From IMG/VR virus record IMGVR_UViG_2974731481_000001, positions 1-64,000 of that record: a DNA stretch of 64,000 bases; one strand, given 5' to 3'. The DNA comes from a virus. Its lineage: Duplodnaviria > Caudoviricetes. Positions 1 through 7,308 of this stretch are shown one piece after another. Position 1 is the first letter of the stretch. Each line of letters starts with the position of its first letter. A model generated the notes under the pieces. The model was not told the origin of the DNA, searched no databases, and worked only from the letters and a program-made list of their open reading frames with translations. A program made the translations under genes and the position numbers.

Positions 1-42
1 CTACATAGAATTGAATCTTTTTCATTTCTTTTAATTTATAAA

Positions 43-174
43 TTAAAGTTGAGTATTGTATAAACTATCAAGATATTGTTCTTCGTAATCAATATTAATT
101 TTAAGCTCTCCATCGAATTGTGGAATATCACAATTATGTTCTTCCCACAAATGATTAGCCAGAGTATCTATCAT
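43..174 (-). CDS. Small acidic protein, or 3' half of the 188..433 gene
   Basis: Translated by eye: MIDTLANHLWEEHNCDIPQFDGELKINIDYEEQYLDSLYNTQL*; the frame stays open upstream to about 243. Confidence 0.45.
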   Translation of the reverse strand: MIDTLANHLWEEHNCDIPQFDGELKINIDYEEQYLDSLYNTQL

Positions 175-187
175 TGTACGCTGATAG

Positions 188-433
188 TTAATCAACGAAT
201 CTTGATGTTGAATAAGTTCTTGTTTTAAATGAGTTAGCCTCTTTTAAGAACTTATAATCATCATATTGTTTATCTACACAATGTATAGTATAAATTGATA
301 AACATATTGTTAGTATTCTTATTAATGATACATGTGAGAAAGCGAATATTCTATCTTTTCTTGATATCCATGTAAGAATTTCTCCGATAAAAGAAAAGAA
401 TACTATTACACAGATTGCAAATGTTACGTTCAT
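188..433 (-). CDS. Small membrane protein, probably early; may be the 5' half of a frameshifted gene continuing to position 43
   Basis: 81-aa ORF with two hydrophobic segments; leader AATTAGGAGGACTAATT-ATG shared with the 976..1230 gene. Confidence 0.6.
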   Translation of the reverse strand: MNVTFAICVIVFFSFIGEILTWISRKDRIFAFSHVSLIRILTICLSIYTIHCVDKQYDDYKFLKEANSFKTRTYSTSRFVD

Positions 434-975
434 AATTAGTCCTCCTAATTGTTTTAATTATTAATATTTTAATTAATTGTGGCACTTAATTTAATCAACA
501 TATTGTTAATAAGGTTGAGCCCAACCTTTACTTGAATGTAATGACCATAGCAGTATTATTTATATACTAACACAATTAACGAATTTAGTGCTTAAATAAT
601 AAAATAATACTGACAAAGATGTGATTTTAATAGTTTTGGAAATAGTATTATTTGTAGTAGAAAAGAAAAATAAAATGGGTTTAGCAGTATTGATTTTTTA
701 GAGAGAGATAATGAAATTGAAGAGAATGAAAGAAAGGGTGGTGAAGGTGACAGTCCACCACTTACAACCACACTTCTTCCCACTCTCAACAATACTATTC
801 TTACCTTACAAAAACTTATTACTGCAAATAATAAAATAACCCGTGAGATAAATCTCCTTCTACTATTCCTATTATGAATGCTAATGTAAACATTGCACTA
901 AATAGTCCTACTATTGTCCAAATAAATAGTTTGCAAACGACTGAAAATACTTTTTTCATAGTGATATAATTTATA

Positions 976-1230
976 TTAATCGTTTTCAAATTGATCAAAA
1001 TGAATAATGTGTTTATCTTTATCTGATTTAATTATTACACAATCTACAAAAGTAATACAACTATCATTATTCCAATGACGAATTGAAGCATTACCTTCAC
1101 TTTGTGCTAAACCAAGAAAATATTGGCACATTTCATCAAACACTTCTTGTGCTTTTTGTTTATTAGTAGTTGCTATTTTAGCAAAACTTCTTATTGAAGA
1201 AGTATGTTCTACAAATACTGTATAAATCAT
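976..1230 (-). CDS. Hypothetical protein (putative early gene)
   Basis: 84-aa ORF with natural composition and leader AATTAGAAGGACTAATT-ATG. Confidence 0.7.
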   Translation of the reverse strand: MIYTVFVEHTSSIRSFAKIATTNKQKAQEVFDEMCQYFLGLAQSEGNASIRHWNNDSCITFVDCVIIKSDKDKHIIHFDQFEND

Positions 1231-1350
1231 AATTAGTCCTTCTAATTTTATTGTTAATACTCTTATTTGACTTCTAATTGATGTGTTTCAGAGTTCATAA
1301 AGTCTTACTGAACGCTTAATTGTAATCTAATTACAGATTTCACACCAAGA

Positions 1351-1419
1351 CTTGTTTTGTTGAGAACGAGCAACTCTTGTTTTGTTGAGAATGAGATGCT
1401 AGTTCTGTTGATGAATGAG
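1351..1419. repeat. Three near-tandem copies of a 20-bp motif CTTGTTYTGTTGAGAAYGAG
   Basis: Copies at 1351-1370, 1376-1395 and 1399-1419 (degenerate). Confidence 0.85.
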
Positions 1420-1506
1420 AAGACCCAAGAGATGATGGAAATAGTGCAGATTTTCTCTACACTATTTCCAGACATCATCTAGGACAGCATGAGCTGCCAC
1501 CACACA

Positions 1507-1935
1507 TTAAAGTGCAGTAGCAGCATCAAGCTGACGAAGTGCTCGGTCACTAAGTTTAACCTTAGCAACATCAGTGAGATAGCAATCACGCTCAGCAGCA
1601 ACAGCATTATCACCTTCGCCAATCACCTCACCAGCAGCAACACGCTGACGGTTCAAGGTAATCTGTGCATTGAAGAGGATAACACCGAACTCCTTCTGAC
1701 CAAATGCATGGTCAAGAGTAGCGCGATACATGGCAATATCATCACTAGCCTCGCAAAGCTGAGCAGTCAGCTTAGAACGATGGATAGAAATGGTCTTGAC
1801 ATCAGCTTCAGCAAAGTTGCCTTCATCATCACGAGCAAAGCCTTTGATAGCCTTGTCGAGTGTGAGTTGAACACTTGCAGAATTCTCATCTACGAACACC
1901 TTTACTCCCTTGATTGTAACTACGATAGTTTCCAT
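1507..1935 (-). CDS. Hypothetical protein, probably highly expressed early gene
   Basis: 142-aa ORF with strongly biased codons; the overlapping plus-strand ORF is its shadow. Confidence 0.8.
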   Translation of the reverse strand: METIVVTIKGVKVFVDENSASVQLTLDKAIKGFARDDEGNFAEADVKTISIHRSKLTAQLCEASDDIAMYRATLDHAFGQKEFGVILFNAQITLNRQRVAAGEVIGEGDNAVAAERDCYLTDVAKVKLSDRALRQLDAATAL

Positions 1936-2044
1936 TTCTGAATACTTTCGCCTAGCATAAGTCGCTCCTTAAGCAGCTTTACTAATGTTACACCCTGATT
2001 CGCTAGGAAAATCAAGATGAGCAACAGTCCTTCTATTGCCAAAA

Positions 2045-2102
2045 CTTGTATTGTTGAGTTCGAGAATTGGTGGAACACCAATCTTGTTCTGTTGAGAATG
2101 AG
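2045..2102. repeat. Two more copies of the 20-bp CTTGTTYTGTTGAGAAYGAG motif
   Basis: 2045-2064 CTTGTATTGTTGAGTTCGAG; 2083-2102 CTTGTTCTGTTGAGAATGAG. Confidence 0.8.
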
Positions 2103-2379
2103 TGGTGGGGGCACTTCAATCGCTACTTTTATCCCCAGGGGTTCTAGTACATAGCTTCACTCTCACAACTTTAAATTTATCTCTCTTCATTTTCAACCTT
2201 TATATCTTATTTTCTTTTATCTTTTATTTTATCTCTAAAACTAACCTTTATAACTTTCTTTATACAACATCACTTACAACTTTATCAGCTTAACTTCAGG
2301 TTTTCTTTATTATTTCTTTTATATTCAAATGTAGAACAACTTATAACATTATGTATAATATTAATTCAAATATATACAA

Positions 2380-2418
2380 AAATAATAGCCTCAGTTTCAC
2401 AACTAAGACTATTAAAAA
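2380..2418 (-). terminator. Putative intrinsic terminator
   Basis: Minus strand reads AATAGTCTTAGTT-GTGA-AACTGAGGCTATT followed by ATTTTT. Confidence 0.55.
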
Positions 2419-2580
2419 ATTAAGATTCATCATAGACTAAAAATACTAAACCTTAATTATGAGAAAACCTAAATCTATTAACATTTTAAACATCTTAATT
2501 AGACAATAACTAATAGTTTTAGTATTATTTATATTACTATAATTATTAAGTATATTAGAGTTTATTAGAGTATTACTCTG

Positions 2581-2612
2581 CAAAGATAAAGATTTTATTT
2601 CATACTTGCAAA
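2581..2612 (-). promoter_or_regulatory. Bacteroidota primary-sigma promoter, leftward
   Basis: Minus strand TTTG (2612-2609), 20-nt spacer, TATCTTTG (2588-2581); matches the -33/-7 consensus. Confidence 0.7.
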
Positions 2613-2760
2613 TAATTTACATATATTTAACAATAAATTTATTATAGTGTTACTTTTTATATTATTGATAGTACTGGTTATAATGTTACTTATATTGATA
2701 GTATTTTTAAGACTTTTAATTGTGAAATTAAGTTAAAATTAGAAAATAGTAGAATATTAT

Positions 2761-2792
2761 CTTGAATATCTTGAATATAATGTGTATCTTTG
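2761..2792 (+). promoter_or_regulatory. Bacteroidota primary-sigma promoter driving the late region
   Basis: CTTG (2761-2764), 20-nt spacer, TATCTTTG (2785-2792). Confidence 0.7.
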
Positions 2793-2965
2793 CTTCTAGA
2801 ATATGTTATAATACTAAATAATATATTATATTATATAAATAAAGTATATATGAATAGTATTAAAAATTGGATTAAAACTTGTACTCGTTATAATACTCCT
2901 TCTTGGGTTACAACTTGTACTTCTAAATTAAATTATTTAATAACTTTTTAATTAAACATTGTACT

Positions 2966-3508
2966 ATGTTAAAGTTTGAAGTAAATGGTAAACATGGTTC
3001 TATTATTATGAATCTACCTACTAAGTTATCAGAGATTACTCCTGAGTATCTTAATGAAGTTACATCTAATGTAGTTGTAGCTGACAATTATTCTTTAATT
3101 GGTATTCTTTATCGTGAATCTTTAGCTAGTGTTATGCTTGCTAACAATCGTAAACAAAAGAATATTACTACAGCTATTGTTCCTGTCTTTGTTAAGGCTG
3201 GTACTACCGATACAGAATACATTAAGAATATGTCTTGTGGAGATAAGATAATTATTGCTCCTAGTGATATAGCTATAGGACATCATGTTAGTTGTCCTAA
3301 AAATATGATTACTGTTAATAATATTCTTGAATATTGTAATGGTGATAAAGAAGCATATAAGAGTGCTATTTGTGTTTCACAGCCTTGCTATTATCTTGAA
3401 TTTAAGATTGTTCCTAATTGCAATATTCACGGTAATTATAAAGAAGAAAATGGTTCTTATAAGAATCCTTTTATTGAGTTTGGTTCTAGTACTAATGCAC
3501 AGAGGTAA
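2966..3508 (+). CDS. Hypothetical protein
   Basis: 180-aa ORF, first long gene after the promoter. Confidence 0.8.
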   Translation: MLKFEVNGKHGSIIMNLPTKLSEITPEYLNEVTSNVVVADNYSLIGILYRESLASVMLANNRKQKNITTAIVPVFVKAGTTDTEYIKNMSCGDKIIIAPSDIAIGHHVSCPKNMITVNNILEYCNGDKEAYKSAICVSQPCYYLEFKIVPNCNIHGNYKEENGSYKNPFIEFGSSTNAQR

Positions 3509-3522
3509 TCAAATCACATTCC

Positions 3523-3560
3523 TTCTACGGGGGAGTTAGAATAAACTAGTTCCCTCGTAG
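3523..3560 (+). other. Intergenic hairpin containing the TACGGGGGAG element
   Basis: CTACGGGGGAG...TTCCCTCGTAG imperfect inverted repeat; no clear U-tract. Confidence 0.55.
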
Positions 3561-3583
3561 ATAATAAAATTTAGGATTATTAT

Positions 3584-4087
3584 ATGGCTGATACTTATAA
3601 ATTTCCTGGTGGCGGTTATGATGTCATAGTATTTAAAAAACAAGATGTTCTAGATTGCATTGATAAAAATATTTTAGATAAAGATGTTGCATTAGCTTTT
3701 ATAGAGCAATTAGAAGTTGACGCTGCTAATTTTCTTAAAGAGGGTCGTTGGACTGGTATTCCTTTTATTGGTAATATTCGTATTCCTAAACTTAGACAAT
3801 TAGAAGAAAGTCCTGAACAACAGGCTCTTATTGCTGAAGCTAAAAAAAATCTTGATGCTGATAAATATATTTTATTTAGAACACAACTTGGTAAAGAAAA
3901 TAGTAAGCATATTAAACAAGAACGTTATTATAGATATATAACTAGTATTGCTATTTCACATAACAGAAGACTTTATAAAAAATTATGTGAAGAAAAAGGT
4001 GAGTATTTTGCTCGTATTTATTTATATGCTTCTTATAATATCACTTCATTAGATAATGAATATATAATTCTTGATAACGATGAATAA
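3584..4087 (+). CDS. Putative IHF/HU-like DNA-binding protein
   Basis: Segment FLKEGRWTGIPFIGNIRI resembles the HU/IHF L..G..V.I.GFG.F pattern; crAss-like phages carry IHF-like genes. Confidence 0.45.
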   Translation: MADTYKFPGGGYDVIVFKKQDVLDCIDKNILDKDVALAFIEQLEVDAANFLKEGRWTGIPFIGNIRIPKLRQLEESPEQQALIAEAKKNLDADKYILFRTQLGKENSKHIKQERYYRYITSIAISHNRRLYKKLCEEKGEYFARIYLYASYNITSLDNEYIILDNDE

Positions 4088-4694
4088 CAAACTTTTGATA
4101 GATAGTCTTATTGAAATCGATGATAGTGGTATGCCTAAACCTCCGACTACACGAAATCTTTTAGATAGAGATGTTCGTGAGTTATATCGCAGAGACAACT
4201 CTAAAGATAAACATAGATATATTGCTGAGTGCATGGTTATCTATTATTTAGGTGATCCTAAAAGTCCTGCTAGACAATCTGGTCTTAGTGATCCAGAAGC
4301 TCTTAAAATGGCTATTGACCAAGCTGGACTTGAAAAAGATTATATTCCTGATGTTCTTGTTCTTCGTTTGATTAAACGATATTATGAACAGAATATCACA
4401 GAAGCAGGTAAAGTAGTTGAAAATCTTCTTAAAGCAATTCATAATATTGGATTGAGTATTGATGTTGTTAATAACCTTCTTAACGAAAAACTTCATTCGA
4501 CTATTAGTCTTGATGAAATTACTACTATCATGAATATGGTAGATTTAGTTAGAAAAACAGCAGGAGATATTCCTTCTACAGTTAAGAAACTCGAAGAAGC
4601 TAAACAAAATTTAATGTATGAAAAAGAAACTGAATTATCTCGTGGTGGTGGTGCTGTCCTATCTTCAATGGATGCTGAAGACTACACAGATTAA
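4080..4694 (+). CDS. Helical hypothetical protein (possible terminase small subunit)
   Basis: About 204-aa ORF upstream of terL; function inferred from position only. Confidence 0.5.
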   Translation: MNNKLLIDSLIEIDDSGMPKPPTTRNLLDRDVRELYRRDNSKDKHRYIAECMVIYYLGDPKSPARQSGLSDPEALKMAIDQAGLEKDYIPDVLVLRLIKRYYEQNITEAGKVVENLLKAIHNIGLSIDVVNNLLNEKLHSTISLDEITTIMNMVDLVRKTAGDIPSTVKKLEEAKQNLMYEKETELSRGGGAVLSSMDAEDYTD

Positions 4695-4926
4695 ATTGAT
4701 ACATATTCTTGGTGGTTACACTAAAGATGAATATAGAATACTTTCTAGTACTGTTCATAACAAAGCTTATGAAAACGGTACAAAATATGGTTTTGAATGT
4801 GGAATTAAATATTTAGCTAAACAATTAGAACATATAACTATACAAAATTATGGTTGTTCTAAACAAGATTGGATAGATAAAATATATTCTAAAATACAAG
4901 AAGCTCTAAAAGGAAATGTTAAATAA
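4618..4926 (+). CDS. Hypothetical protein (true start probably near 4672)
   Basis: ORF fills the gap between neighbours with natural composition. Confidence 0.55.
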   Translation: MKKKLNYLVVVVLSYLQWMLKTTQIKLIHILGGYTKDEYRILSSTVHNKAYENGTKYGFECGIKYLAKQLEHITIQNYGCSKQDWIDKIYSKIQEALKGNVK

Positions 4927-5068
4927 AAAGATTATCTTTAGTTCTGGTGACCGTTGTAAAGTTTGTGCTACTCCTGTCTGGTATTATTCAAAACAATGGT
5001 ATAAAAGAGATAATAAATATTATGTAACTTGTCCTACTTGTAATAACGAAATTCAAATAACAGAATAG
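4916..5068 (+). CDS. 50-aa zinc-ribbon protein (below the ORF-track cutoff)
   Basis: MLNKKIIFSSGDRCKVCATPVWYYSKQWYKRDNKYYVTCPTCNNEIQITE*, two CxxC pairs, abuts the next ATG. Confidence 0.7.
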   Translation: MLNKKIIFSSGDRCKVCATPVWYYSKQWYKRDNKYYVTCPTCNNEIQITE

Positions 5069-5069
5069 T

Positions 5070-6065
5070 ATGCGAGATAGTAGATACGATAATAACTTTC
5101 TTTATTTTGAAGAAGGTCCACATAAATATACTGATACTAATGGAAATGAGTATAAATCAGTAACTACTCTTATTCACGATAATTATGTTCCTCATTTTGA
5201 TAAAAAATTCTGGTTACATAAGAAAGCAAAAGAACTTGGTATTAGTGAAAAACAATTAGAAAAACAATGGCAAGCAATTACTGATGAAGCTTGTGCTAGA
5301 GGTACAGCTACTCATAATGGCATAGAAGATGCTATTAAAGATGTCAGTATGTTTAAAGATGCTATTAAATATTTAAATCAAGTTGAAAATGGTCGTGTTG
5401 TTACTGTTGCTGATATTCCTAATTTCTCTGCAAAGCCTCTTGATGTTGATGCTTTTAAAGAAGCTACTAACAATAAATACCCTGAAATCTATAGGGTATT
5501 TCAGTTTTATACTGAACGAGGCTATACAATATATTCAGAAATTGGTGCATATCTTATTGATTATCTTATTTCTGGAACTATTGATATCTTATGTTATCGT
5601 TCTACTGATTTTGTAATACTTGATTGGAAGACTAATCGTAACGGTCTTCAATTTGAAAGTGGTTATTTTAAAAAGGATAAGACTACTAAGCCTCATCAAC
5701 TTACTAATGAATATATTAGTAAAAGGGAATATATGCTTCCTCCACTTAACTATCTTCCTAATTGCAATGGTAGCCATTATACTATGCAATTATCTATGTA
5801 TGCTAAGATGGTTGAACTTATTCTTGATATTCCTTGTGTTGGATTAGGTTTATGTCATATAGGTAGTCCTTTTGTTAAAAACAAATACGGAATGCCTTAT
5901 CGTGATATTAATAATCAGTATCCTATTGACCCAGAAGGTGAAGAAACAGTTAAGTGGTTTAGGATTGCTTATCGTAGAAGAGAAGCTGAGGCTGTTCTTA
6001 ATGATAGAATGGTATATTTAAAAAGTCAAAGAAAAGAATCTAATCAACAATTAAGTTTATTTTAA
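5070..6065 (+). CDS. PD-(D/E)XK family nuclease (RecB/lambda-exonuclease-like)
   Basis: Motifs GTATH, SE, ISGTIDIL, ILDWKT, YTMQLSMY. Confidence 0.85.
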   Translation: MRDSRYDNNFLYFEEGPHKYTDTNGNEYKSVTTLIHDNYVPHFDKKFWLHKKAKELGISEKQLEKQWQAITDEACARGTATHNGIEDAIKDVSMFKDAIKYLNQVENGRVVTVADIPNFSAKPLDVDAFKEATNNKYPEIYRVFQFYTERGYTIYSEIGAYLIDYLISGTIDILCYRSTDFVILDWKTNRNGLQFESGYFKKDKTTKPHQLTNEYISKREYMLPPLNYLPNCNGSHYTMQLSMYAKMVELILDIPCVGLGLCHIGSPFVKNKYGMPYRDINNQYPIDPEGEETVKWFRIAYRRREAEAVLNDRMVYLKSQRKESNQQLSLF

Positions 6066-6069
6066 TGGT

Positions 6070-6687
6070 ATGAAAACTAGTTTACTCACAAAGTGTGCTG
6101 CTTATGATTTTGAAAAGCTGTTCAAAAAGAAAGGATATGCTTGGTTTACTAAAGGCAATTACAATCTTAATATTGTAGGTGTTCGTAGTAATAACAATAA
6201 CAAAGTTACAAATCAATATGATGATATTCTTATTGTAGATTACAATACAGGAAATGGTCATAAACGAGTTTGTTATACTATTACTACAGAACCTGGTAAG
6301 TATTATATGCAGAATCTTGGTAATCCTAAAGGTACTGCTATTCTTGTTCCTGGACAATATCGTGGTTGTTGGCAAATAGGATTACATCGTGGTAAATATA
6401 AAGCTCTTTGTCAAAAGAAAGAAGTTAAAGTTTATCGCGATGGTAATAAAAATATGACTTACGATATGACTTCTGAAAGTATTAATAAAGGTATTTTCGG
6501 AATTAATATTCATAGGTCTAATGAATCTTGGACACGTAATACTATAGATAAATATTCTGCTGGTTGTCAAGTATTTAATAATCCTATTGAATTTAATGCT
6601 TTTATGCGTTTGTGTGAAGAACAACGTAAACTTTATGGTAATAGTTTTACTTATACTTTAATTAACGAAGATGATATGAGCGTATGA
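6070..6687 (+). CDS. Putative endolysin / peptidoglycan-active enzyme (YkuD-like His-Cys motif)
   Basis: GINIH...SAGCQV resembles the L,D-transpeptidase HxxxSxGC signature; directly followed by spanin-like genes. Confidence 0.6.
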   Translation: MKTSLLTKCAAYDFEKLFKKKGYAWFTKGNYNLNIVGVRSNNNNKVTNQYDDILIVDYNTGNGHKRVCYTITTEPGKYYMQNLGNPKGTAILVPGQYRGCWQIGLHRGKYKALCQKKEVKVYRDGNKNMTYDMTSESINKGIFGINIHRSNESWTRNTIDKYSAGCQVFNNPIEFNAFMRLCEEQRKLYGNSFTYTLINEDDMSV

Positions 6688-6995
6688 TAGGTATGTATGA
6701 TAGTAATGATCCTGAAGAAGTTGTAACTAGTAGTCTTACTAGTATCATTGTAGCATTAGTTATTTTAGCAGGAACTATTTTTGGTTATATTGCTATATAT
6801 AAACATTATACAGAAGATAAAAACATAGTTACAAGTTCTACAATAGAATATGTAGATTCTATTAAAAAAGAAAATAATAAACTTATTCTTGAAGTTAATA
6901 ATTTAGATAGTCTTAAAAATGCGAAAATTATTGAAGTCAAAAGTCTTGATAATGATAGCACTGTTAAGTTGTTCTATAAACTTATACGCGAATGA
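6684..6995 (+). CDS. Putative inner-membrane spanin-like protein
   Basis: N-terminal TM helix plus coiled coil; overlaps the next gene. Confidence 0.5.
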   Translation: MIGMYDSNDPEEVVTSSLTSIIVALVILAGTIFGYIAIYKHYTEDKNIVTSSTIEYVDSIKKENNKLILEVNNLDSLKNAKIIEVKSLDNDSTVKLFYKLIRE

Positions 6996-7302
6996 TTATC
7001 ACATTTCTTTTACGGGGGAGGTAGTTCAAGAAGATTCTGTTCTTATTTCATATAATGATTTAAAGGCTGTTAATGGTAAACTTATTGAATTAAAATATGA
7101 GAAAGAAACTAATAATATTCTTAGAACAATTATTCGGAATGATAGTCTTATTATTGATACTCTTACTATTGACAATCTTAGATTAACTTCTGAAGTTAAA
7201 ACATTAAATAAGTCAAATAAGAAATATAAGAAACAACGTAATACTGGATTTGGTATTGGAATAGTTAGTATTATTACTACAATTCTTATGTTAATAAAAT
7301 AA
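6919..7302 (+). CDS. Putative spanin-like protein (lipobox-like N-terminus, C-terminal TM)
   Basis: MRKLLKSKVLIMIALLSC, coiled coil, C-terminal GFGIGIVSIITTILMLIK. Confidence 0.5.
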   Translation: MRKLLKSKVLIMIALLSCSINLYANDYHISFTGEVVQEDSVLISYNDLKAVNGKLIELKYEKETNNILRTIIRNDSLIIDTLTIDNLRLTSEVKTLNKSNKKYKKQRNTGFGIGIVSIITTILMLIK

Positions 7303-7308
7303 ACTGTT

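Noticed and set aside
1351-1419. Mini CRISPR array
   Set aside because: Repeats are 20 bp with only 3-5 bp between them; there are no spacers and no cas genes.
1489-1941. 150-aa plus-strand ORF
   Set aside because: Antisense shadow of the codon-biased minus-strand gene 1507..1935.
2105-2142. GGGGG run and CCCCAGGGG palindrome as a copy of the dispersed element
   Set aside because: It lacks the TAC prefix and AG suffix; too short to support separately.
5070-6065. Cas4 / CRISPR-associated nuclease
   Set aside because: It lacks a clear Cas4 four-Cys cluster arrangement and no array is nearby; a generic PD-(D/E)XK nuclease fits.
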